A DNA stretch of 32,000 nucleotides. Source: Caldimicrobium thiodismutans. Lineage in GTDB: Bacteria; Desulfobacterota; Thermodesulfobacteria; Thermodesulfobacteriales; Thermodesulfobacteriaceae. Made by a program: the position numbers and the translations under genes. Location of the stretch: assembly GCF_001548275.1 (NCBI RefSeq), contig NZ_AP014945.1:1470001-1502000 (forward strand), written 5' to 3'. This document shows, in pieces, positions 1-8,457 of the stretch (position 1 is the first letter of the stretch; every line of letters begins with the position of its first letter). The notes beneath the pieces were generated by a model. That model searched no databases. It worked only from the letters and a program-made list of their open reading frames with translations, and was not told where the DNA came from.

Positions 1-1230
1 CTTAAGGAGATTTCTTTTAGCTCGAGCACTCAAGGTCTTATTTTCCCACTCTTTAAGAAGATGGCACGGTCTCATGTGGTTTTTAATGAGGCTAAAAACC
101 CAATCCGCAATCTCATTTTTAAAACGAAGGGCCTTAGCCCTTGCTATCCAGAGCTCGGCACCTTTTGATTCATGGCCATAAAAAGTTATTCTTTCCTCAG
201 ATTCACCATAGGTATAGCCTTTGCCAAGGTCATGCAAAAAACTTCCTAATTTCACTGCGATAACAAAGTCTTCCTCATTAAATATTTCGGGAATTTCATT
301 CAGCCCAAGATATTTTTTCGGTTCTTTAAGAATGATTTCTGCCCACTTTAGGGCCTCTAAGCTATGAGCAAAGACATCTAAGTGGTGAAAACTGGGTTGA
401 GGAAGGCCTTTCGCTGGAATTATCTCTGGAAAGAGTATCTCAAGAACTCTATCCTCATCCATGGCCTTAAAGGCTAAATAGGCCTTGTCAGAAATTAAAA
501 TATATTTTAGTTCCATGGAAAGTCTCTCAGGGGCTATGAGTAAAAGCTTCTGAGCCTGATTCTGAAAGTATACGCGCGTTTTTTCTTCAAGATAACCATA
601 ATTTAAAGCATAAAAGCGATATCCCCTGAGGATTCGTAGGGGATCTTTTTTTATATTCTCTTCTCCTAAGGCCCGAATAATTCCTTTCTGGAGGTCAGAA
701 TAACCATAAAAGGGGTCATAAAGATAGAAAGGGCCCTCAAAAAGCCCCTCCAGAGGAATAGCCATGGCATTAAAGGTAAAATCTCTTTCTCTAAGATCCT
801 CTTCAATGGTTTCCCCACGATAAAGGGTAAGATCAAGGGTGTAGCCTCCTTTAGCCAAACGATAAATACCAAATTCTTCTGAAAGGGGAACAGGGCTGAA
901 GGATAACACCTCAGCTAAGTATTGGTAAAGAGCGTAGATGTCATATTTTACTGCGATATCAAGGTCTGTAATTCTTTTACCCAAAAGAAAATCCCTTACC
1001 GCACCCCCAACAATAAAGAGATCTTCTCGATGGGAAAACTTTCTCAATTGAGATAATAGCCTATCCTTTTCAGGAAAGGTAAGTAATTCAATAAAAAGGG
1101 CTTTATCCTTTTCTGAAAGTTCAACCATTAAAGAATTTGGAATTTTTTTATCTAAAATATAAAACATTTTGGCTAATTTTAATAGGATTAGTCCAATTAT
1201 CTCAAAAATATTTTCCCCCTCTTTTGGCAT
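1..1230 (-). CDS. cca: CCA-adding enzyme / poly(A) polymerase-family tRNA nucleotidyltransferase with HD domain; 3' end runs off the window
   Basis: Absent from the ORF track because no stop lies inside the window. My own minus-strand translation from ATG 1230 (AGGAGAG 3 nt upstream) is open down to position 1. Motifs: DLFIVGGAVRDFLLGKRITDLDIAV, RDFTFNAMAI, KDPLRILRGYRFYA, FLHDLGKG (HD). Alternative in-frame starts at 1167 and 1128. Confidence 0.8.
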   Translation of the reverse strand, partial: MPKEGENIFEIIGLILLKLAKMFYILDKKIPNSLMVELSEKDKALFIELLTFPEKDRLLSQLRKFSHREDLFIVGGAVRDFLLGKRITDLDIAVKYDIYALYQYLAEVLSFSPVPLSEEFGIYRLAKGGYTLDLTLYRGETIEEDLRERDFTFNAMAIPLEGLFEGPFYLYDPFYGYSDLQKGIIRALGEENIKKDPLRILRGYRFYALNYGYLEEKTRVYFQNQAQKLLLIAPERLSMELKYILISDKAYLAFKAMDEDRVLEILFPEIIPAKGLPQPSFHHLDVFAHSLEALKWAEIILKEPKKYLGLNEIPEIFNEEDFVIAVKLGSFLHDLGKGYTYGESEERITFYGHESKGAELWIARAKALRFKNEIADWVFSLIKNHMRPCHLLKEWENKTLSARAKRNLLK

Positions 1231-1270
1231 AGGCTCTCCTCTTTTTTTTGCCAAAAAGGCAGATACACCC

Positions 1271-1557
1271 CCTGTATAAGCTCAGATCCTTACAAGAAAA
1301 AAGGAAGGGTGATAAAAGGGGAATTAGATATCTAAACAAGGGAGGCTTTACAAGTCTATGAAAGTAACACAGGCAATCTTGCCTGTGAAAGTAAAATACA
1401 CTCCAATCTGTGAAAGAAACACAGACAAGAATGTCTGTACTACAACAGACCCACAAAAAAAATTCAAGGGGTATAAAATTTTAAACCCCTACTATTTAAG
1501 TCTCAAAAGACCTGGACGCATACACCCCCTTTGCTTTTTTTAAAAAGATATTAAAAT
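1271..1557 (+). repeat. Copy A (long form) of a dispersed modular intergenic element ending in a promoter module
   Basis: Left box cctgtataagctcagatccttacaagaaaaaaggaagggtgataaaagg. Internal perfect hairpins at 1368-1387 (cacaggcaa/ttgcctgtg) and 1421-1438 (acagaca/tgtctgt). Right box 1498-1529, then TTTGCT (1530-1535), 16 nt, TAAAAT (1552-1557), 7 nt, ATG 1565. Homologous to copies at 6261, 9636, 15290, 29067 and 30321. Confidence 0.75.
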
Positions 1558-1564
1558 TTTAGTT

Positions 1565-2479
1565 ATGGGTATTTTAGCTTTGGATTTAATTAAGACATTG
1601 GAAGAGCTTGATCCTCCTGTCAGAAAAGCCATTATTAAAGTTCTGGAAAGAATTGAGCAGATAATTGAGGATACTGTTAAGCGAGAGGATTTTTTTGAGT
1701 TAAAAAATATTGTAAAAGAACTTGCTATAGCCCAGAAGAGAACTGAAGAGAGAGTTGAGGAACTTGCTATAGCCCAGAAGAGAACTGAGGAGAGAGTTGA
1801 GGAACTTGCTATAGCCCAGAAGAGAACCGAAGAGAGAGTTGAGGAACTTGCTATAGCCCAGAAGAGCCTTGCAGAAGAGGTAAAGAGGCTTGCTGAGGAG
1901 CAGATAAAACTTGCTGAGGCCCAGAAGAGAACTGAAGAGAGAGTTGAGGAACTTGCTATAGCCCAGAAGAGAACTGAGGAGAGAGTTGAAGAACTTGCTT
2001 TAGCACAGAAGAAGACCGAAGAAGAATTAAGAAAGCTTACCGAGGAGCACAGGAAAACCCGTGAAGATTTAAAGCAATTAAGACAAGAATTTGGCGGTTT
2101 TACAAGAAGTTATTCTTATGCCTTTGAAAATGAGGCTTATAGGAATCTTCCCAGGGTATTAAAAGAAAAATATGGTATAGAAATTGTGGAAAAATTTGTG
2201 CGGACAGAGATTGAAGATGAGGAAATTAACTTTTTTGCCAGAGGTAAGTTAAATGACAGAGAAATTTTAGTAGTTGGGGAGGCAAAACTTAGATTTGATG
2301 AGAAAAAAAAGGATTTTGAGAGAACTTTAAAAGAATTAGAAAGAAAAATAAGTGCTGTTAAAAAAATTTATGGAGATAAAGAGATAGTGAAACTTTTGGT
2401 TACGCACTTTGCAAAGCAAGGCGCATTAAAGATGGCAGAAGAGCGTGGAATTTTAGTTATTCAAAGCTTTGAATGGTAA
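1565..2479 (+). CDS. Coiled-coil tandem-repeat protein with C-terminal PD-(D/E)XK-like nuclease-fold domain (DUF3782-like architecture); function unknown
   Basis: 304-aa ORF. The N-terminal half is built from [14 protein letters not shown] 14-aa repeats. The C-terminal part has EINFFARG...[12 protein letters not shown], consistent with a (D/E)...E-x-K nuclease core. No SD; the -10-like hexamer lies 7 nt upstream of the ATG. Confidence 0.6.
   Translation: MGILALDLIKTLEELDPPVRKAIIKVLERIEQIIEDTVKREDFFELKNIVKELAIAQKRTEERVEELAIAQKRTEERVEELAIAQKRTEERVEELAIAQKSLAEEVKRLAEEQIKLAEAQKRTEERVEELAIAQKRTEERVEELALAQKKTEEELRKLTEEHRKTREDLKQLRQEFGGFTRSYSYAFENEAYRNLPRVLKEKYGIEIVEKFVRTEIEDEEINFFARGKLNDREILVVGEAKLRFDEKKKDFERTLKELERKISAVKKIYGDKEIVKLLVTHFAKQGALKMAEERGILVIQSFEW
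1718..2010 (+). repeat. In-frame 42-bp tandem repeat inside the 1565-2479 CDS
   Basis: Units start at 1718, 1760, 1802 and 1844 (gaacttgctatagcccagaagagaactgaagagagagttgag). The first three differ only by single synonymous changes (GAA/GAG, ACT/ACC). Further diverged units run to about 2010. Confidence 0.95.
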
Positions 2480-2575
2480 AGCGAGATAGTTCCTTTTTTA
2501 ATGAAATATTATAAGGGCTTGTTTAGGATGCAAAAGAATTTATTATTTAAAACATCTTTTAGATAGATAAAAATT

Positions 2576-3076
2576 ATGAAAATAATTACTCTTGGGAATC
2601 CCATTTTAAGAGAGAAGGCAAGGCCTGTGAGTGAAATTAATGGGGAGCTGAAGACCCTTATTGAGAAAATGGCTGATCTTATGTATAGGGTAAAAGGTTT
2701 AGGGCTTGCTGCCAATCAAGTGGGAATACCAGAGAGATTTTTTATTATGGATATTGCTCAGAAGGAAGGTAAACCCCTCCTTGAGGTTTACATCAATCCA
2801 GAGATTATTTCAGCAGAGGGGGAAACCGAGTATGATGAAGGATGTTTAAGTATTCCAGGCTATTATGCCAAAGTTGATAGATTTTCCAGGCTTTTTATCA
2901 GGGCCTATGACCTTGAGGGAAAAGAATTTGAAAGGGAACTCACAGGGCTTCACGCCATAGCCTTTCAACACGAATATGACCATTTAGAAGGGATACTTTT
3001 CATTGATCGGCTCTCTCCCCTTAAAAGAGAGCTCTTTAAAAAGTGGTGGAAAAAGAACGCCCCCTCTTCTAAGTAA
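2576..3076 (+). CDS. def: Peptide deformylase
   Basis: Three canonical motifs: GLGLAANQVG, EGCLSIPG, QHEYDHLEG. Confidence 0.95.
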   Translation: MKIITLGNPILREKARPVSEINGELKTLIEKMADLMYRVKGLGLAANQVGIPERFFIMDIAQKEGKPLLEVYINPEIISAEGETEYDEGCLSIPGYYAKVDRFSRLFIRAYDLEGKEFERELTGLHAIAFQHEYDHLEGILFIDRLSPLKRELFKKWWKKNAPSSK

Positions 3077-3842
3077 TAAGCCTAAATCTTTCTATGTTTT
3101 TAGCCCTTCCTTCGGAATTTAACTCTAAAAAGACCCCCTCCAATTTGTAGGGAGGAGAACTCTCAACCTCAAGTTTTCTTCCCACCATGGTGACATAAAG
3201 TTCAAAGGCCTGATGAATCTTCATTCCAATAATACTTTCTAAGCTTCCGCACATACCCACATCTGTTATATAGGCCGTTCCCTGGGAGAGTATCCTTTCA
3301 TCAGATGTCTGGACATGAGTATGTGTGCCAAGGACAGCTGAAACAAGGCCATTTAAGAAGTATCCAAGGGCAAGTTTTTCAGAGGTAGCTTCTGCATGAA
3401 AGTCAACCAAAATAAAAGGTGTCTCCTTAGCAATATCTTGAGCAAGGGCTCTACCCACAAGGAAGGGATTTTCCAGGGGCCGCATAAAAATACGGCCCTC
3501 AAGGTTTAGGACACCAAGCTTGAGCTCTCCTCTGGTAAGAAGACTCCAGCCCTTACCAGGAGCTCCAGGACCATAGTTGGCAGGTCTAACCACTTTTTCA
3601 GTTTTCTGTAAATAGGGAATAAATTCTTTTTTCCAGACATGGTTCCCTGTAGTAAGAAGATCTATCCCGTAGGAAAAAAGTTCCTCTGCCACTTTTTCTG
3701 TTAATCCATATCCACCCGCTGCATTTTCACCATTAGCAATGACAAAATGAGGTCTGTATTTTTTAATAAGTTCAGGTAAAAAATCTTTTACAGCCCTTCT
3801 GCCTGGCGAGCCAACAATATCCCCTAAGAAGAGTATCTTCAT
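3069..3842 (-). CDS. ymdB: YmdB-family metallophosphoesterase (2',3'-cyclic nucleotide phosphodiesterase type)
   Basis: MKILFLGDIVG, ANGENAAGGYGLT, GNHVW, DFHAEATSEK, GTHTHVQT. Lies directly downstream of rny, as in Firmicutes. SD TAGGAG. Confidence 0.9.
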   Translation of the reverse strand: MKILFLGDIVGSPGRRAVKDFLPELIKKYRPHFVIANGENAAGGYGLTEKVAEELFSYGIDLLTTGNHVWKKEFIPYLQKTEKVVRPANYGPGAPGKGWSLLTRGELKLGVLNLEGRIFMRPLENPFLVGRALAQDIAKETPFILVDFHAEATSEKLALGYFLNGLVSAVLGTHTHVQTSDERILSQGTAYITDVGMCGSLESIIGMKIHQAFELYVTMVGRKLEVESSPPYKLEGVFLELNSEGRAKNIERFRLIT

Positions 3843-3851
3843 GCTTTACTC

Positions 3852-5480
3852 CTATTTAGCATACTCAATGGCCCTGGTTTCTCTCATAACAGTTACCTTA
3901 ATGATACCTGGATAGGTAAGTTCTTTTTCAATCTTCTGAGCTATTTCCTTGGCAAGAAGATAGGCCCTTTCATCGGATACAACTCTACTATCAACAATAA
4001 TTCTTACTTCCCTTCCAGCCTGAATGGCATAGGCCTTTTCCACACCTTCAAAAGAGGATGCTAAGTTCTCCAGTTCTCGAATACGCTTCAAATAGGCCTC
4101 AAGGAGCTCCCTTCTGGCACCAGGTCTTGCCCCAGAAAGGGCGTCAGAAACCTGAAGAAGTATTCCCAAAATAGTTGTAATAGGAATATCTTCGTGATGA
4201 GAGGCAATGGCATTGACTATATCTTCATCTTCTCCATATTTTCTGGCAAGCTCAGCTCCTATCAGGGCATGAGGACCTTCCTGTTCATAGCTTGCTGCCT
4301 TTCCAATATCATGTAAGAGAGCCGCTCTTTTTGCCCTTTTGGGATCAAGACCAAGTTCTCCAGCTAAGGCTGCACACATAATGGCAGTCTCAATAGAATG
4401 CTGCAGGACATTCTGGCTATAGCTTGTTCTGAATTTAAGTTTGCCCAAGAGTTTGATTAATTCTTGATGAATGCCATAGATTCCCAATTCAAAACAGGTC
4501 TTTTCCCCTACCTCAAGGAGATGCTGTTCCATCTCTTCTTCTACCTGTTTGACCACCTCTTCAATACGGGTAGGATGAATTCTTCCATCCGCTATAAGTC
4601 TTTCAAGGGAGATTCTGGCAATTTCTCTTCTATAAGGATCATGCGAGGAGAGGACAACCACCTCTGGTGTATCATCAATCAAAAGGTCAACTCCGGTTAA
4701 GGCCTCAAAGGTGCGAATGTTTCTGCCTTCTCTACCAATTATCCTTCCTTTCATCTCCTCACTCGGAAGTTGAACAACAGAGACGGTTTTTTCAGTAACA
4801 AAGGGGATAGCTGCTTTAGCAGTTGCATAGGCAATGATTTCCTGCGCCTTCTTTTTGGATTCTTCTCGGATTTCATTTTCAATCTTCATAATAACCCTGG
4901 CTTTTTCCTCTACCATCTCCTCCTCAATCTTTTTAAGGATGATTTCTCGGGCCTCCTTTTCTGAAAGACCGGAGATTCGCTCCAGTTCCTCTTTAGCTCT
5001 GTTTAAGGCCTCTTTAAGTTCTATTCTCTGGTTTTCGAGTTGATTTTTAAGATTTTCAATTTCAGATAGTTTCTTTTCTAAAAGCTCTTCCCTTTTAGTG
5101 AATTCTGTTTCCTTTCTGGCAAGATGTTCTTCCTTTTGTAGGAGCCTTTCCTCTTTTTGATTGAGGTCCTTTAATTTTTGTTGAAAGTTTTTTTCAAGTT
5201 CATTTTTGTGCTTTTGGAGTTCACTTTTGATTTCCTCGTCTGCTTTTTTGAGGCGATCAAGGGCCTCTTTTTCTCCTCGTAGAATTATCTCTTTAGATTT
5301 TTCTTCTGCTGAAAGGAGAATTACCTCAGCCTTTTCTTTGGCATGTTTCAGGATTTCTTCAGCTTCTTTTTCAGCTGATACACGAAGTTCTCTTTCTCTT
5401 CTTTTTTGTAAATAAAGATATAGACCTGCTAAGGCAAGGCCAAAAAGTAAACCAAGGATTAAAGCGAGAATGTAATACAT
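3852..5480 (-). CDS. rny: Ribonuclease Y
   Basis: N-terminal TM helix, long K/E coiled coil, KH domain (GRIIGREGRNIR), HD domain (LLHDIGKA...HH). SD GAGGAGGGG. Confidence 0.95.
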   Translation of the reverse strand: MYYILALILGLLFGLALAGLYLYLQKRRERELRVSAEKEAEEILKHAKEKAEVILLSAEEKSKEIILRGEKEALDRLKKADEEIKSELQKHKNELEKNFQQKLKDLNQKEERLLQKEEHLARKETEFTKREELLEKKLSEIENLKNQLENQRIELKEALNRAKEELERISGLSEKEAREIILKKIEEEMVEEKARVIMKIENEIREESKKKAQEIIAYATAKAAIPFVTEKTVSVVQLPSEEMKGRIIGREGRNIRTFEALTGVDLLIDDTPEVVVLSSHDPYRREIARISLERLIADGRIHPTRIEEVVKQVEEEMEQHLLEVGEKTCFELGIYGIHQELIKLLGKLKFRTSYSQNVLQHSIETAIMCAALAGELGLDPKRAKRAALLHDIGKAASYEQEGPHALIGAELARKYGEDEDIVNAIASHHEDIPITTILGILLQVSDALSGARPGARRELLEAYLKRIRELENLASSFEGVEKAYAIQAGREVRIIVDSRVVSDERAYLLAKEIAQKIEKELTYPGIIKVTVMRETRAIEYAK

Positions 5481-5693
5481 AGACCCCTCCTCATTTTTAT
5501 TTTAAAGGAGGGAGGGGTAAGAGGATTTAAAAAGAGAACCCCGGAGTACCGTGGCAGAGGTCCTGCTCAAAGCTCTGTGTTTTATAATCTTTGAGGAGGG
5601 GGTTGGTTAGCCCTATTTCCTCCAGACTCAAGAGCCCCAACACCACCTTACCTCTCATTTTTTTTGTGTTAGCTTGACAGGTCAATACTCTGC

Positions 5694-5990
5694 TCACGCG
5701 CACCCCAGGCCAAGGTCTTCCTTTTCTAAAAATTCTTCAAGCTTAGCAAGTTGGCCTTTAAGGAGGTTTTCAAGGGCATCTTTTTCCTTCTTCACTTTTA
5801 TATAATCATAAGCCACCTGCATAAGTAACCAGATGGCAAGTTTGTAAGTAGGGACTTTTTTAAAAGTCTCTACCTCCTGCTTTTTGCCCTCTAAATAAGC
5901 TAAAACCTCCTTTATTTCTTCTTCCGGAAGGGAGCTCCGGAAGGTAAAAGATTGACCCAAAAATTCAAAGGTTACTTCATGGCTCATCAT
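5694..5990 (-). CDS. zapA: ZapA-like cell division protein
   Basis: 98 aa. VTFEFLGQSFTFRSS...EEEIKEVLAYLEGK pattern followed by a C-terminal coiled coil, typical of ZapA. Lies directly downstream of a small coiled-coil gene. Confidence 0.65.
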   Translation of the reverse strand: MMSHEVTFEFLGQSFTFRSSLPEEEIKEVLAYLEGKKQEVETFKKVPTYKLAIWLLMQVAYDYIKVKKEKDALENLLKGQLAKLEEFLEKEDLGLGCA

Positions 5991-5992
5991 TT

Positions 5993-6211
5993 TTAAACTT
6001 GCGAAAGTTTTTCTATAAGGCCACCAATTTTCTCCTTTAAAACCCTCTTTTCCTCCTCCCTCCTATCTATTTCTTCTTTTAGCCTTCTATTTTCCTCTTC
6101 TTTGTCCTCTAATTTATTTAGTAGCTCTTCTCTCTCTTTTCTGAGTTGAATTACCGTAGAAATAAGACTATCTATTTTTGCTTCAAGTTCACTTACCTCT
6201 TGAAAAGCCAT
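5993..6211 (-). CDS. Small coiled-coil protein (ZapB-like)
   Basis: Start trimmed to ATG 6211 (MAFQEVSELEAKIDS...), which has GGAGG upstream. The longer track ORF (to 6280) would run through the promoter module of repeat copy F. Confidence 0.55.
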   Translation of the reverse strand: MAFQEVSELEAKIDSLISTVIQLRKEREELLNKLEDKEEENRRLKEEIDRREEEKRVLKEKIGGLIEKLSQV

Positions 6212-6260
6212 CCTAAAGCCTCCTGCAATTTTTATTTTAATAAAATCCCATTTTAAAATT

Positions 6261-6562
6261 TTGCAAGACCCTCTATGCATCCAAATCTTTTAAGCCTTAA
6301 ATCTACCTCTTTTGGCAGATCAATCTGCCCTTTCCTTTATCATTAATTACAAAACCTTCCCTGTATAAATATTGTAAATCCTCTGGTAGGGGGTAAATAA
6401 TTATTTGCACCTACATTGTTGTCCCCAAATCAATCCCATTTTTGAATAAAATTTATCTAATCCCCATATCCAAGTAGGGGCAAAACTATGTGTATGCCTG
6501 TTATGTGTTCCTTGGCATTACAGGGGTAGATACTCTAAAGGGCTTTTCTTTTTGATCTAAGG
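6261..6562 (-). repeat. Copy F (long form, inverted orientation) of the dispersed intergenic element
   Basis: Read on the minus strand. Shortened left box ccttagatcaaaaagaaaagccc. Core ggaacacataacaggcatacacatagttttgcccct matches aaaacacataacaggcaaacacatagagtttcc of copy B. Right box aaggcttaaaagatttggatgcatagagggtc (6298 to 6267) abuts TTGCAA (6266-6261) upstream of the zapB-like gene. Confidence 0.7.
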
Positions 6563-6579
6563 CTTTTATAATAAAAGCA

Positions 6580-7155
6580 ATGTCTTTTAAAGAAGACTTT
6601 TTGAAGATTCCTAATTTAATCACCTTTTACCGATTTATAGTTTCATTTCTTATACCCTTTCTCTGGATTAAAGGGGTAGATTCGGCATGGATATATTTTT
6701 TTCTGATAACCGGGGCCTTAAGTGATGCCCTTGATGGTAATCTTGCCAGGCTCCTTAAGCAAAAAACCCCCTTAGGAAAAATCCTTGATCCATTAGCTGA
6801 TAAGCTTTTTATTAATATGCTCTTTTTTCTTCTCTACTGGATGGATAGAATAGATTTATCCCTTTTTAGCTTGATTTTTGGCCGGGACCTCTTTATACTT
6901 CTTGGAGCTTTTTATCTTTTTAAAAGAGGACATCCTCTTACAGGCCTTAATCCCACTCTTTTAGGAAAGGCTTCCACTGTCTTTCAGCTTTTAAGTTTAC
7001 TTGTTCTTTATATAGACCTTTATTTAAAAAATTTACCAGGCGAGTTTATTAAACAGATTCTTAATCTTACAATTTTTTTTACCGCAGCCTCAGGTTTTCA
7101 TTATCTCCTTATCTTCAAGCGGCTCTGCCTCAAGAAGGTTATCCCGCACTCTTAA
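6580..7155 (+). CDS. pgsA: CDP-alcohol phosphatidyltransferase (PgsA-like)
   Basis: Signature DALDGNLARLLKQKTPLGKILDPLADK (D-x2-DG-x2-AR...G-x3-D-x3-D); multi-TM. TATAAT (6567-6572) lies 7 nt before the ATG and there is no SD. Confidence 0.85.
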   Translation: MSFKEDFLKIPNLITFYRFIVSFLIPFLWIKGVDSAWIYFFLITGALSDALDGNLARLLKQKTPLGKILDPLADKLFINMLFFLLYWMDRIDLSLFSLIFGRDLFILLGAFYLFKRGHPLTGLNPTLLGKASTVFQLLSLLVLYIDLYLKNLPGEFIKQILNLTIFFTAASGFHYLLIFKRLCLKKVIPHS

Positions 7156-8436
7156 GATTTTCACCTTTATAAGTTTCCCTCTGGATGCTTCAGAAACCTT
7201 TCTATTTGGAATAAGCACCTGGAGGTAATTATCTGTAAGTGCCTTGATTGAACCTTTCTTTTCCTCTTCAAGAATGGCCTTTCTTACAGTTCCGAGATTC
7301 TTTTTAAGAAAGGAAAGCCTCTTTTCTCTGGAGAGTTTTTGTAAGATTTCAAGCCTCTTCTTTTTCTCCTCAGTAGAAACCTTGGAAGACATATTTTTAG
7401 CAGGAGTCCCGGGTCTTTCAGAAAAGGGAAAAATATGGAGCCAATTAAGTGGAGATTTCTCAATTAATGCATAGGTCTCAAAAAATTCCCTTTCACCCTC
7501 ACCGGGAAAACCAATCAAGATATCTGCTCCAAAGGTTGCATAGGGAAAAAGACTGTAAAGGGCCCAAACCTTTTCTAAATATTCTTCAGCTGAATATTTG
7601 CGATTCATCTTTTGGAGAATTACATTAGAACCACTCTGTAAAGGTATGTGAAAGTGAGGACAGAGGAACTGGCTTTGACGAGCAAAAATTAAAAAATCCT
7701 CATTAATTTCATTTACTTCAAGGGATGAGAGCCTGAGATTCAGAGGCTTTTGAAAGGATTTAAGAAGTTCTTCAATTTTAAAGAGTAGCTCAGGAAGTTT
7801 CTTTTTAGGATTTAAGTCTTCTCCCCACATGCCAAGGTGGATTCCGGTTAAGACTATTTCTTCATAACCCTGTTCCAAAAAAATCCTTATCTGTTTCAAA
7901 ATATGCTCTTCCCCTATGCTTCTTGAGGGCCCCCGACTATAAGGAACTATACAATAACTGCAAAAATTTGAACAGCCGTCCTGAATTTTTACAAAGGCCC
8001 GGGAGTGTCCATAAAATTCCTCAAGAATGAGGGGATAACAGGTCTCAAAGGTGGGATCAACTTGAATCATCAGGGATAGATTTTCCCTAAGTGTAGATTC
8101 TAAAAATTTTTCTGGCTCATATTTTTTGTCCTGCCCAAGGATGATAAAATGGGGAAACTCAAGATTTTTAGCCATCTCTTTAAACTCTTCAGCCAGAACC
8201 TGAGCAGAACAGCCTGTGAAAATTACAATCTTAGGTTGAAATTTTTTCCATTGTTTCAAAATTTTTTTAGCCTCAAGGCAGGCCCTTTCTGTTACTGCAC
8301 AGCTATTGAGAATAAAAAGCTCTGCCCCTTCTTCTGATCGGGCAGGGTAAAAGCCTGTTTTTCTTAATCTCTCATGGATATAGGCACTTTCTACCTGATT
8401 GACCTTACACCCTAAGGTTTTAATCCAGAACTTCAT
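7090..8436 (-). CDS. mtaB: MiaB/MtaB-family radical SAM tRNA methylthiotransferase
   Basis: N-terminal TLGCKVNQVES (UPF0004 domain), radical SAM CSNFCSYCIVP, C-terminal TRAM-like segment. The 3' end overlaps the convergent pgsA by 66 nt. Confidence 0.8.
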   Translation of the reverse strand: MKFWIKTLGCKVNQVESAYIHERLRKTGFYPARSEEGAELFILNSCAVTERACLEAKKILKQWKKFQPKIVIFTGCSAQVLAEEFKEMAKNLEFPHFIILGQDKKYEPEKFLESTLRENLSLMIQVDPTFETCYPLILEEFYGHSRAFVKIQDGCSNFCSYCIVPYSRGPSRSIGEEHILKQIRIFLEQGYEEIVLTGIHLGMWGEDLNPKKKLPELLFKIEELLKSFQKPLNLRLSSLEVNEINEDFLIFARQSQFLCPHFHIPLQSGSNVILQKMNRKYSAEEYLEKVWALYSLFPYATFGADILIGFPGEGEREFFETYALIEKSPLNWLHIFPFSERPGTPAKNMSSKVSTEEKKKRLEILQKLSREKRLSFLKKNLGTVRKAILEEEKKGSIKALTDNYLQVLIPNRKVSEASRGKLIKVKILRVRDNLLEAEPLEDKEIMKT

Positions 8437-8457
8437 GGGATAATAGACCTGAAATAC

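Noticed and set aside
1202-1543. ORFs 1202-1456 (-) and 1358-1543 (+)
   Set aside because: Both lie inside repeat copy A. The composition is Cys/Thr-rich nonsense, and one overlaps the better-supported cca start region in another frame.
1718-2010. Possible CRISPR array because of the regular 42-bp periodicity
   Set aside because: The units are contiguous with no spacers, are in frame within a long ORF and differ by synonymous changes. This is a coding tandem repeat.
4464-5415. Four plus-strand ORFs (4464-4700, 4770-4964, 4834-5043, 5206-5415) antisense to rny
   Set aside because: Their products are low-complexity S/F/L-rich mirror images of the K/E coiled coil of RNase Y. They have no SD and lie fully inside a confidently assigned gene.
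5481-5693. Assigning the zapA-rny spacer to 6S RNA or SRP RNA
   Set aside because: There is no GGAA-tetraloop/AGCA helix-8 signature of SRP RNA on either strand. The predicted fold is a three-way junction rather than the long interrupted rod of 6S RNA. It is kept only as an unclassified structured region.
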